Origin: Octopus vulgaris
Lineage: Eukaryota
Assembly: GCA_951406725.2 (NCBI GenBank)
Contig: OX597822.1
Span: 75,392,001 to 75,456,000, forward strand
Direction: 5' to 3'
DNA: 64,000 nucleotides
Made by a program: the position numbers and the translations under genes. The notes beneath the pieces are model-generated. The model had not been told where the DNA came from, made no database searches, and saw only the letters and a program-made list of their open reading frames with translations. Each line of letters begins with the position of its first letter. Positions within the stretch are counted from its first letter, which is position 1. Positions 1-12,150 of the stretch are shown here, one piece after another.

Positions 1-19
1 AATGGACAATTCTATGATT

Positions 20-322
20 GTGTGTTCCTTCTCGAGCCACGCCTGGCTCATAGGGCCGGTTTCCCGGTTTCCTTGTCGTATAGGTTCTCCACCTGGACGG
101 GACGCCGGTCCTTTGCAGGTGTGCTGTAAGATGCAGGAGGAAAGAGTGAGAGAAAGCTGTGGCGAAAGAGTCAGCAGAAGTTCGCCATTACGTCCTGCCG
201 GAGCCGCGTGGAGCTTAGGTGTTTCGCTCATAATCAAACACATCGCTCGGTCTGAGATTCGAACCCGCGATCTCTCGACCGCGAGTCCGCTGCTCTAACC
301 ACTAGGGCATGTGCCTCCACAT
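20..322 (-). mobile_element. tRNA-derived SINE, family B (OR/CORE-like), full length with TSD
   Basis: The minus strand starts GGAGGCACATGCCCTAGTGGTTAGAGCAGCGGACTCGCGGTCGAGAGATCGCGGGTTCGAATCTC (A and B boxes). A 12-bp direct repeat AATTCTATGATT lies at 8-19 and 323-334. Confidence 0.9.
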
Positions 323-339
323 AATTCTATGATTAGATC

Positions 340-500
340 ATCAAAAATTGGTTACAAAAAAAATATAGGCAAGAAGAGGATCTAATAGGCTTGCAAGGAA
401 TTTCATGGAAAAGGATTAGGCGAACAGTTGAGTACAGGCAGAAACGACTAGATTTGACAGACAACAAATGGTGGTACTCCTGGACATGGATATCACATAA
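340..500 (+). pseudogene. possible degraded RTE-type LINE C-terminal fragment
   Basis: Translates to EEDLIGLQGISWKRIRRTVEYRQKRLDL, resembling the RTE C-terminal DL..LGISW..A.DR..WR pattern. Confidence 0.3.
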
Positions 501-1092
501 CTGACAATTGAGAAGAATAAGGATACGTGGTGTTCCCAGAGAAGATGTACGGAAGGCGTGATCGTAAGTGTGACATGTTATTATTAACCTAGGTTTGTTT
601 GTGTAGCAGCTATCCTGTCTCAGATATGTGAAAAGTGCACTTAGGTGGGGCTATTGTTATCAATAGGTCAATTCTAATCGAAGTTACTTATGACAAAATG
701 TATACCAGCTATGACTATCGTTTTAATTAAAATGGTAGTATCATTTATAGGTCGGAAATTTCACTGTAAGTTCTGGCAGATTAGATGATCTTGTAGAGGG
801 TCTCGTCTTGATATCTAGATATATGGGTTTTTATGGGATCTAGATATATGGGTTTTGTGGTATGTCATGAAAATGGGAAACTTAGAAATTCAAGAAGCTG
901 TAGGGTTCAGTTGTGAGTCATTCACAGGTGGAGATGTACTGATGTTATTGCATTTTTGTTTTTGTAATTGGGTGCTGCCAAACGGAATCAAGTTATCTTA
1001 TTTCTATTGTTTTATTCTTTTGTGGGGTTTATGTTCATGTCTAGGCATCTCTACTGTTGTACGATTACAGTACAACAATTACACCAATGAAT

Positions 1093-1708
1093 AAGGCAGC
1101 GAACTGGTAGAAATGTAAGCACGACTGGCGAAATGCTTAGCGGTATTTCGTCTGCCGTTACGTTCTAAGTTTAAATTCCGCCGAGGTCGACTTTGCCTTT
1201 CATCCTTTCGGGGTCGATAAATTAAGTACCAGTTACGCCATGGGGTTGATGTAATCGACTTAATCCCTTTGTCTGTATTTGTTTGTTCCCTCTGTGTTTA
1301 GTCTCTTGTGGGTAGTAAAGAAATAGGTATTTCGTGTGCCGTTACGTTCTGAGTTCAAATTCCGCCGCGGTCGACTTTACCTTTCATCCTTTCGTAGTCG
1401 ATAAATTGAGTACCAGTTACGTACTAGGGTCGATGTAATCAACTTAATCCCATTGTCTGTCCTTGTTTGTCCCCTGTATGTTTAGCCATTTGTGGGAAAT
1501 AAAGAATTAAGAAACGTTAGCACGCCGGGCGAAATGCGTAGCCGTATTTCATCTGTCGTTACGTTCTGAGTTCAAATTCCGCCGAAATCGACGTTGCCTT
1601 TCATCCTAACAGGGTCGATAAATTAAGTACCAGTTGCGTACTGGGGTCGATCTAATCGACTGGCTCCCTCCCCACAAAATTTCGTCTCTTTTGCCTAGAG
1701 TAGAAAAG
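1093..1708 (+). mobile_element. trimeric family A SINE (tRNA-like head plus Meta-domain-like core) with 16-bp TSD
   Basis: Three tandem units of GTTCAAATTCCGCCGAGGTCGACTTTGCCTTTCATCCTTTCGGGGTCGATAAATTAAGTACCAG. TSD AATTACACCAATGAAT at 1077-1092 and 1709-1724. Confidence 0.92.
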
Positions 1709-1782
1709 AATTACACCAATGAATCTGATTGAACGAAACTGTCGACTACATTTTGTGTATGGCAATATAGTGTCTTTCTCAA

Positions 1783-1875
1783 CCTCGACGGAATTTGAAT
1801 TCGGAACGTAAAGACGGACGGCATGCTGCTAAGCATTTTCCCCAGCGTGCCAACGATTCTGCCAGATTGCCATCT
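1783..1875 (-). mobile_element. family A SINE head fragment
   Basis: Reverse complement of the family A head (CCTCGACGGAATTTGAA...CTAAGCATTTT...ACGATTCTGCCAG). Confidence 0.8.
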
Positions 1876-2486
1876 TGCTTTTGTCGGTATATTGTTTTGA
1901 GACTTAAAACATATAACACGTGACCGCTACTTCAAGTGTTACCTGGGAGAGCCTTGAGAAATATGTGGCTGATTGATAGAGTACGCAGCAAGTACGGAAA
2001 ATAACACCGAATGACTGTTGTACTCAATGTCTTTCATGCTGTTTTTCCCCCCTTGTTTTGGTTTCTTTTCTCTTATATTGCCCGTTATCCTTTCTTATCT
2101 AATCTTATATTTTACTACGGAAAAACACAGACGACATGTATGCGTGTGTTAGTCTTCCTTAGACTGAAATACATACTAAACTTTCAATGCGTGTTAGTAT
2201 TGTACAAAATGAAATAGATTTTAAAATAGCACTACACCTTAATTCTAAATAGATTCACACTAACGCAAAACAACACTTGTCTGCCATTAATTCTGGTGAA
2301 TAATCTTATATTTTGTTACGTCTTATCACGCATATCAATCTATATTCTTTTCACCTTGAATATATTTTCATCATATCTTCACATACTGCAGCTTACTATT
2401 TTCTTCAAATGTTATTTCGAATAATCGTATGATTCGTATCTTATAATACATCAAATGAATTCAAATTAGATCATATATCAATATCA

Positions 2487-3045
2487 TGCATGGTTATGTG
2501 GTTAAGAAGTTCGCTTCTCAACCACGTAGTTTCAAGTTCTGTCCCACTGTGCGGCACCTTCTGCAAGATTCTTCAATTATAGCTATGTGAATTTAGCAGA
2601 CGGAAACTGTGCGGGATCGATAAAAAATGTACCAGTTGAACTTTGGGATCGATGTAATTGATTTAGACCCTCCCCGAAATTGCTGGCCTTGTCCCAAATT
2701 TGAAACACGTTGTCAATAGTTTAATACTAGGAGCTGATAGGTAGGATACCAACAGTAATTACGTCACTTTACTCACGTTGTTCGTTTCAAATTTTGGCAA
2801 AGGCCAGCACGTTTGTAGGGCGGATTAAGTCGATTACATTAAGAACCCAGTTGATGTCATCGATCTCGAAATGTTGAAAGGCAAAGCCTATGGACCCCGA
2901 AATGTTGAAAGGCAAAGCCTATAGACCCCGAAATGCCGAAAGGCAAAGTTAAGCCCCGCGGCACTTGAGTTCAGAAAGTAAAGTTGAAAGAAATGCTGCT
3001 AAGCATTTTGTCCGGCACGGCTACGATTTTGTAAACTTGCCACCT
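2487..3045. mobile_element. cluster: family C SINE head (+) joined to a family A tail, then a family A copy (-) with an internal 31-bp triplication
   Basis: GCATGGTTATGTGGTTAAGAAGTTCGCTT...GACGGAAACTG, followed by CGAAATGTTGAAAGGCAAAGCCTAT(G/A)GACCC repeated about three times at 2867-2948. Confidence 0.75.
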
Positions 3046-3542
3046 TTATATTCCCGTTTGAGAACACTCCAAATTCTGTAATGTACTTCATTCTTGAAGA
3101 ATCGATAAAACATGCACCAGTAATAAACCCGGACCAATTAATAGTTCACAGCCTATCCCCGCAGAGTGATTTGATATTGGAAGTGCTATCCTCTGTGACA
3201 GATAAATAAGAAGAAATGAGAAACAATTGATCGGTCATGAATTAGGTTTTGTAAACAAAGGAATATTTTATTTACAAAATAAAATCATAACCATGTTATG
3301 TATTGTCATTCTGGTCAGAGTGGAACTGGCTGGCTACAAATCGAATCAGCATTGCATGACAACTTTCAATTACATAAATCAGATACATAGCGCTGGATTA
3401 AATGCTGTCTTCATAGGATTAACAAATTCTCCGATCAAAGCCCAAATGATACATTAAGTCGACATAAATCCAATGTTGAGGTATTGTTTCGTGCCACAAA
3501 GCTGGCAATACCTCAATTCATACGTGATAATTCATGAAATGC

Positions 3543-3592
<50 letters not shown>

Positions 3593-3665
3593 TGTATGTA
3601 TGTTTAATATATATATAAATATAATATATACATATACATATCTTATACACATCTATCCATCCATC

Positions 3666-3714
<49 letters not shown>

Positions 3715-4006
3715 GACGAGAAACAAGATCCCGTTCATCGGATTTCGAAATCACGTGAGGAGGTCTTATCAAACTACTTCATTCTGCGAGTGTATTTCGC
3801 CAACGAAAGATGTGGCTTTCATTAGGTCAGTGGTTTTGTGTAGATGTTCGAGTTAAATTTTAGTTCTCATCTCTAGCAATTGTGGGTGCTATTTTTCACC
3901 CTCATTTATTAATTTTACCGTTTTAGTTCTAATTGCTATAACCACCTATATTACAATATATTTAATATCTTAATATAGTTATATATTATTATAATATCTT
4001 ATTGCA

Positions 4007-4063
<57 letters not shown>

Positions 4064-4346
4064 GCTGCACAGGAAAGCGGCAAATAAACACACGGAATAC
4101 ATATACAAAACACGTGGATACGCTTAACCCTCATCAGTTATCAGTCAAAAACCATTACAATTTCGCGCCATTATCGTTAAGATTTTTTCAGTTTGGTAGT
4201 GTCAACTGCAAAAGCGCTGCTGGGACATGTCAGCCGACATGAAGGACAGAATGGAATTAATATTAAAAAAATATGCAATGCGTATAGACAACGGTAAAAT
4301 AAACAGAAAAGGATAAAGCAAAGACGGTAGCTAAAATATAAACAAT

Positions 4347-4635
4347 AGCACGTTCTGTTGTGTCCGGCGAGAGTCATTCTCTTTTAGTGCCTTATGCTTT
4401 AACACACGCACCGGTAAAATTTCCACTCATATATTTATTTTTATAAAATTTGCGTAGCGTCTTGCAACCTTTTCAATAGTTGAGTAGAGAATCAACAACT
4501 AGTGAAAAGGTTACAAGACGCAACAAAAATTTTAGAAAAATAAATAAGTAAATGAGTGGAAATTTTACCGGTGAGTGTGTTAAATTATAAGGTACCAAAA
4601 GAGAATGAGTCTCCCCAGAAACAAGAGAATATGCT
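4347..4635. mobile_element. foldback/palindromic MITE
   Basis: Arms of about 135 bp are reverse complements, e.g. CACCGGTAAAATTTCCACTCAT / ATGAGTGGAAATTTTACCGGTG and GCGTCTTGCAACCTTTTCA / TGAAAAGGTTACAAGACGC. The central loop is short, near 4482-4496. Confidence 0.9.
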
Positions 4636-4814
4636 TCAACACACGAACTCACATAAAGAATCTTGCAAACCAAATCCCAAAACGAAATAACACATGTCTT
4701 ATTTTATGTATATGAAGGAGCCCCTTAAGCTACACGACAGAATTAGACATAAACAATGAACAACGACACTAATGAGGTTGACTCAATGGAATAATGACAG
4801 TGATCGAAGATATA

Positions 4815-5109
4815 GACACAGTGGTTAGGGCAGCGGACTCGCGGTCGTAGGATTGCGGTTTCGATTTCCAGGTCGGGCGTTGTGTGTGTTTATTGAGCGA
4901 AAACACCTAAAAGCTCCACGACGCTCCGGCAGGTGGGGGGGGGGGGTGATCCCTGCTGTACTCTTTCACCACTCTTTCTCTCACTCTTTCTTCTGTTGGC
5001 CTGCTCGCTTAGCCAGCGGGGTGGCGTCATTCGAAGGCTAAAACAATGCGAACGCATTGTGACCAGCGATGTGTAACATCTGATAGCCTGGTCGGTCACG
5101 GTGATCACG

Positions 5110-5113
<4 letters not shown>
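4815..5113 (+). mobile_element. family B SINE with (TCACGGTGA)n tail
   Basis: Head AGTGGTTAGGGCAGCGGACTCGCGGTCGTAGGATTGCGGTTTCGATT. Ends GGTCGGTCACGGTGATCACGGTGAT. Near-identical to 46739-47055 (-). Confidence 0.88.
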
Positions 5114-5160
<47 letters not shown>

Positions 5161-5481
5161 GCATCTTAAATTCGTTTAAGGTTACGTTAAGGGTGTGCAA
5201 AAAAAGCTCCTATTTCATTATGCCGGCTTCCATCTATTATTACTGACTAGTGAGTCAGATTCTCGGGATGGAATTTATAAATATTTAACACATTGTTACG
5301 TATCAGATGATTTTGACATCAGAGTCGGTATCCTTGGAATTAGGACAATATAATCCGTATTATCTGTGGGCATCTGTGGGCATCATCATTGATCCATTTC
5401 ATCAGGCGATACTGTATAACTGGATAAATCACAGAGCAATGTTTATACCTTCTTGCCAGTATGAAGCCCAATCTAGCCTGT

Positions 5482-5524
<43 letters not shown>

Positions 5525-5579
5525 CAAAATAATAAATAAAATATATGCATATATGTATATAAGTATATATGTATATGTA

Positions 5580-5634
<55 letters not shown>

Positions 5635-5637
5635 ATA

Positions 5638-5733
<96 letters not shown>

Positions 5734-6299
5734 AGACAGATGTATGTATGTATGTTCGTGTGTGCGTGTGTGCGTGTGTCTAAGTTTCAGTGTTTGTCAC
5801 CCACTGATTGACAATAGGCGTGGGTTTGTTTCGTCTACTGAACTTAGCAGACGGAACAAACTATAATAAATTTTGCGTTAGAATCAGCTCTAACAATGTA
5901 AGCATTGCAGATGTCACATACTTAATGTATGAGTTTTGTTTATGAGCTTTTAGCTGCGGCATAGCAACAGTGGGAAAAGGCCCTTTAAGACGAGTATTAA
6001 ACACTGAATAACTGAAACCAGAAACCAAGAGAGACAACTCACCCCGTAGGCGAACGAGAACGATTGATATCGATATTTCGCTGTCATTTTCAGCTTAACA
6101 GCATCGTATACACGTGTCACCTCGAAATGAATTGAATTGTAATACTGTGAAGTTTATCGACTGATGTACAACAACGCCGCACAAATTGAACAAAATTATA
6201 TTTTGAATTATAAACAGCTCTACTAATAAAAACATCATTGGAAGACGATGTCACAGAAACAGTAAATAGTTTTCATTTCCTACGGCCGACCTCTCCACG

Positions 6300-6830
6300 T
6301 AACGTCTTCCCGTACAGTATTTTTCGTGGCTGTTAAGCCCTATGCTTCGTCGACGTGGTTTTTGAAAATTCCTGCATCAGGGCAAAGTTGAGGCAGAAGC
6401 TTGTATCCCTGACATCTTTGCCTCCTCAGCACGTTGAATACAGTTGCTTTCATAAGCTTTGGGTTTTTCTGTACACAGTTGATCTCCACTTGCTGCGTTC
6501 CCTTGCTGACTCTTTCCATTTTCCATCATCGACGGAGAAGTCATTCAGGGTAATTTCACGTTGGTCCTTAAAGCGTAGACTTGGACGCCCTATGCTCCTT
6601 TTTCTGTCTGCTAGCTCTCCTTAGAACACGTGCTTGGGATTCCGGAGTCATCCATTCGCATAACATACTCTCACCATTTGAGTCGTCTGGATCTAGGTAT
6701 GGGGTAGAAAGATGGCACGTCTGCATTTCGGAGCACTTCGGTGTGGGAAGACTTTCCTTGCCATCTGATTCTGAGAAACATCATGAAACAACGCGTGTAG
6801 AAACTGTTCAGTTTTCTTTCTCGACTTGAA
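6300..6830 (-). pseudogene. RTE-clade (BovB-like) LINE 3' fragment, reverse transcriptase C-terminus, degraded
   Basis: The minus strand, with frameshifts, reads KLNSFYTRCF..RIRWQGK..TEVLRNADVPS..RSRRLKW*EYVMRMDDSGIPKHVF*GELADRKRSIGRPSLRFKDQ....WKESARERSKWRSTV. Confidence 0.88.
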
Positions 6831-7220
6831 TATATGTTTTTCTTCTATAAAGAAGAGATGAGAGGAGATACATTTTATAGTTCAGACACCTAGTCTTTGT
6901 TTTAAGCTATTTTCATTATGTTGTAGTGTATTACAATTGCTTCTTGTGAATCAATAGGAGAATGAATGTTGCCCTTTTATCGTTAGTATGACAGTTGGAG
7001 TCTTTAAGTTTACATCTTTCTCACGTTTAAAATCTAATTCATAGATTACGCTGGTGAATGGTAGTTTGTAAAGAAGTTTAAAAGTAGATGGTTTGCTATT
7101 TAGAAACTGACTTTAATTTTAGCTGAAATGTGCTCCCTTACTTTCTAAATGAGCAACGCAAACTACTCCAGGAAAACCTAGAAAACTTCTGAAAGAAACT
7201 TATAATATATAACCTCTCAG

Positions 7221-7274
<54 letters not shown>

Positions 7275-7275
7275 A

Positions 7276-7345
<70 letters not shown>

Positions 7346-8437
7346 CATGCGCATACATGCATATATATACATACACAAACACACACTTATAGTCGATAAG
7401 TTTCATGATTTTTTGAAAGGTTAATCTAATAAACACAGACAAAGCAATAACGAAAAAAAAAATACCATTATAAAAAATGATAAAGCTAGAACATAGTCGT
7501 GCTTTCAATACAACACATGAATAGGTATATATATATGTATATTGATTACATAGGCGAAGAAGGAGACGAGTGAGTAGATAAAGTTACTCTATAATATGAT
7601 ATATGGCATAATCTCTACCTAGAATTTACATTTCCTCGAAAATTGTAAACACTTATCGGGAATAGAAATTCAATAATGATATTTTCTTTCTTTTTATTTT
7701 TTGAAAAGTAATTATTACGAAAAGACAGTGTATTTGTATTACATATCCAGCGCTATCACGTAAGATAATATATGTTATGTGAAATAGTGTATAAGGTGTG
7801 AAAAACAACATGTCTGTTAGAGGAATCATAATGATAGTTATAATAACGAAAATGTCTTGTTTTTGATTGTGTGAGTATTTTATTTTTGCTCCACTATTTT
7901 CATTTTTATTCTCACATGTTTACCTCTGGCTGAGTTTTCTATGTAATTTTATTTCTTTCTAATATATGTCTGGCGTCTTTGTAAACATATTCTTGGCATA
8001 ATTATACCATAATTATCTTGTTTCCTGTCAATGAATGCAACGCTATTATATTACAAGACTTTCCATCTTTCCTACGATGCTAGTTGTGTTTGTTTTAATC
8101 CCAGACTGTCGAGTAACTGCGGGAGAGCGGATAGATTGATCGTCTGTCTCTTCGCCGGAATTTGCACGAGTCGCGGCAGTGTCCATTTAACGCCAGCAGC
8201 ATTTCTTCGATGAACGAATCTTATACCAAACCAGTAAACAGTTACCGTGTATCAAAGCCAACCAGCGCGGTCACAGTAACCCTTTCGCAGATAATTCATC
8301 GATATAAAATGACGTTTTCAGAAGAGATCACGCAATTGTTTCGCTCTTAAGCGTGAGTTTTCGATTTGGAACCGCTAAGACATGGGGTGTGCAAAGACAC
8401 AACAGAAACAACACTGGTGTGTTAAACCTGTGTAAAC

Positions 8438-8598
8438 AGGCGTAGCTGTGTGCTAAGAAGGTTGCGACCCAACCACATTGTTCCGGGTTCAGTTCCACTG
8501 CGGGGTACCTTGGGCAAGTGTCTTCGTATAGGCTCGGGCCGACCAAAGAATTGTGAGTGGATTTGACAGACGGAAACTGAAAGAAGTCCGTTGTAGCC

Positions 8599-8658
<60 letters not shown>

Positions 8659-8671
8659 GTCTATCTATCTA

Positions 8672-8708
<37 letters not shown>

Positions 8709-8735
8709 TTGTCTGTCTGCCTGCCTGTCTGTCTG

Positions 8736-8773
<38 letters not shown>

Positions 8774-8978
8774 CACACACACACACATATATATATATAT
8801 GTATATATGTATATATCTATGTGTGTGTGTGTCTTTGTGTCTGTGTTTGTCCACTCTGCCACAACTTGATAACCGGTGCTGGCTTGTTTACTCCCCCTGT
8901 AACTTAACGGTTTGGCTAAAGATCGATAGAATAAGTACCAGGTTAAAAAAATAAATAAATAAGTACTGGGGTCGATTT
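8438..8978 (+). mobile_element. family C SINE with internal (TCTA)n/(TCTG)n/(TA)n microsatellite
   Basis: Head GGCGTAGCTGTGTGCTAAGAAG...GGGTTCAGTTCCACTGCG...CCTTGGGCAAGTGTCTT...GACGGAAACTGAAAGAAG. Microsatellite at 8600-8830, then the tail TGTGTTTGTCC...GATAGAATAAGTACCAGG...GGGGTCGATTT. Confidence 0.88.
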
Positions 8979-8979
8979 A

Positions 8980-9140
8980 TCATCATTATCATCATCATCA
9001 TCATCTTCGTCATGGTCATCATCATCCTCGTCATCATCATCATCTTCGTCATGATCATCCTCATCCTCATCATCATTGTCTCGTCGTCACCATCTTTAGC
9101 ATCGTCGTCATCATCAATATTGTCATCGTCATCAGCATCA
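8980..9140. repeat. degenerate (CAT)n/(CGT)n trinucleotide repeat
   Basis: Read directly from the sequence. Confidence 0.9.
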
Positions 9141-9507
9141 TTCTTCTTATCCTTGATCACGTTTGTTGTTGTTGTTAGCTGTTTTGTTCGCTGCACATTT
9201 TGTAAGAAACAAAAAGAGAAAAATGAAATAATTAAGGAAATTTTCAAACATCTTAATATCATCCCTCCCAACAAACCCAACAAACTACCCTCATCTCCCA
9301 GATACTAAAACAAAGAAACAAAATATACAAAACAATCTACAAATTATGAAATTAAAGTGAAAATCCTTGAAAAAATTTGCCTCATCCCACTAAAAAATTT
9401 CTTTCGATTAAGCGATAAGTAGGGGGTATTTGTTACTTCTTTGGTTTAATTTCTGTTGCATCGAAGAAATTGCATTGTTCTTAACGAGCATTAAATGAGC
9501 TATCTGA

Positions 9508-9730
9508 ATGGAAGAAGAAGGAGAAGAAGGAAAAGAAGAAAGAAAAGGAGAGGAGAAGGAGTAGAAGATAGAAGGGAATAGAAAGAAGAAAAGAAGGAGA
9601 AGAGGAAGAAGAAGGAGAAAGAAAAGGAGAGGAGGAGTAGAAGAAAGAAGGGAGTAGAAAGTAGAAAAGAAGAGTAGAAGAAAGAGGGTAGTAGAAAGAA
9701 GAAAAGAAGAGGAAGAAAAGGAATAATAGC

Positions 9731-9769
<39 letters not shown>

Positions 9770-9830
9770 AATAATAATAATAATAATAATAAGAAGAAGA
9801 AGAAGAAGAAGAAGGAGAAGACGGAAGAAA
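9508..9830. repeat. polypurine tract plus compound (CAA)n(TAA)n(GAA)n microsatellite
   Basis: Read directly from the sequence. Confidence 0.95.
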
Positions 9831-10278
9831 AAATAGCTGCCGAAGAATGATGGAGAAGAGAACGCAGTAAATGAGAAGAATGTGATTTTGACGTGTGTTG
9901 AACGCAACGCATTCCAGCCTATCTAATGTCAGCTGCGCAGCTATAGCGTGTGCTATGCCTGGGGCAATCTCTGAATTTGTCATCCTTATCCCCAGGGCTT
10001 TTACAGTTGACTCAGACCCATACAACAGGCTCAAAAGTGTCGACGCTATGGAACCGACGTCCAAATTGGACCTCCTCTAGGATACCCCCTAGCTGTCCCC
10101 TGACCACCCCTTGCTAAGCTACTGTTCATTATGACGCAGAATATCTATAACCGCTCAACAAATAGTAAGCGATAACTAAGTAGATTAAGTCTGTTTTCTT
10201 CTAAATGCAATATTCTTCTGTGTCAGTTACTCTGTCTGTCTGCCTGTCTGTCTGTCTGTCTCTCTCTCTCTCTATCTT

Positions 10279-10394
<116 letters not shown>

Positions 10395-10566
10395 CATATA
10401 TATCTATGCTAATGTTTGTTTTTATGTTTAGCTAAAGTAAAAGGAAAAACAATTTTACTTTAATCTGAGGCTTACTCTACACTTTTGAAGAGCTCAGATT
10501 TATTCTTAAACAAAAATATTGCTGATAGTAACTTCGAGGTTTCGATCAGTTATGCTGTCACTGGCT

Positions 10567-10655
<89 letters not shown>

Positions 10656-10729
10656 CATACATACATACATACATACACACATGATGCATGCACCTGGAGA
10701 GAGAGGAAGTATGTTAGATAAATACAGTG

Positions 10730-11138
10730 AGGCTTTATTACAAGGAGCACATAATACAGATTACAAGATAAAGAAAACAAAAAATAGAGGGGCAAACTTA
10801 CGTAAAGTGTTATCTCGACAGCTGTTTCAAGGCGGTTATAGCTTACGTAATAACCATATTCATAAGTAATATGTGCATAATGGGCACAATGTGCATTTTC
10901 CACTCCGCTCTTGGAAAGAGACACCTAAGTTACTTTAACAATTCCATCAGGACTTGTCGCTCGACGCACAGCGTCATGCACATATTACTTAAGAATATGG
11001 TTATTACATAAATTATGGCCGCCTTGAAACAGCTGTCAAGGTAAGACTTTACATATTTCTCCATTACTGCTTTGCTTTTTTATTTCTCTATTTTTCAGTC
11101 TGTATTTTGTGCTCCATGTAATTGTATATCTGAAGCCT
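10730..11138. mobile_element. foldback MITE with about 140-bp inverted arms
   Basis: Left GACAGCTGTTTCAAGGCGG...GTAATAACCATATTCATAAGTAATATGTGCA versus right TGCACATATTACTTAAGAATATGGTTATTAC...CCGCCTTGAAACAGCTGTC. Outer GGAGCACATAATACAGA / TCTGTATTTTGTGCTCC. Confidence 0.88.
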
Positions 11139-11345
11139 AATTGAGTCTGTCTTCATTACTGCCCCCATACCAGTTCTAAAGTAATTGTTCTTATAAGTAA
11201 CATTCGGTGCCGAGATGCCGGCATTGGATGTAGAAGTTGACGCTTAAGTTCTCATCCATCCAATAATTACTCTGTTGTCTATACTAATTTCATTTTGCTT
11301 TCACCTAATCCCTCTCTCTCTCTCTCTTTCTCCCTCTCTGTGTGC

Positions 11346-11403
<58 letters not shown>

Positions 11404-11600
11404 ACATATATATATATATATATGTATGTATGTATATATATACACGTATGATGAGAACTCAAATTATAAGTATTTCTATACATCTATTGATATTTTGCAG
11501 ACGGAACTGAGTAACTCCAGGGCCGAGATTTTCGTGGGTTGGAACCTATCTAGTCTTATAAGTTTGATAAGTACCAACGCACGAAACTCTCGGCCTTTGA

Positions 11601-11662
<62 letters not shown>

Positions 11663-11782
11663 TGATAGATAGATAGACAAATAGAAAGACTGACAAATAG
11701 ATCAATAGATAAATAAGTAGATAATTAGCTCGATAGATAAATAGATAGATAGATAGATAGACAGATAGATATCAATAACCCA

Positions 11783-11828
11783 CTAACAATCTGACGAAGG
11801 TTAGCAGGCCGAACGTTCGGAGTTAGCG
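11783..11828 (+). ncRNA. degenerate minimal type I hammerhead ribozyme motif (Penelope-like element relic)
   Basis: CTGACGA-A-GGTT-AGCA-GGCC-GAA-CGTT. One A of GAAA is missing, and stem I (CTAAC/GTTAG) is imperfect. Confidence 0.5.
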
Positions 11829-12083
11829 TTATCCCTCTCCTTGTAAATAATTTTTAAAAAATGCGCTCTATCAAAAATATCGGGTAATTCTTCAGTTCAA
11901 TGTTAAATCACTTTTAAAACTTGACATGAAAACCAACTATAATATATATAAATATCGACCTCTCTCTCTTTCTCTCTCTTTCTCTCCCTCTCTCTCTTTC
12001 TTTCCCTCTCTCTCTTACTCTTCCTCTCTCTCTTTCTATCTGTTAGTCTGTCTGTCTATCTATTTATATGCCATCTATCTATA

Positions 12084-12150
<67 letters not shown>

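Noticed and set aside
245-320. tRNA gene
   Set aside because: The tRNA-like head continues into a SINE body with a TSD and lacks a proper acceptor stem and terminator. The same holds for the other heads.
4105-4140. Minus-strand CTGATGAGGG hammerhead-like word
   Set aside because: No GAAA or stem III follows.
8095-8350. CpG-containing unique segment after an acceptor-like TTTAATCCCAG
   Set aside because: All frames close within about 40-60 codons, with no donor or recognisable protein. Cannot be supported as an exon.
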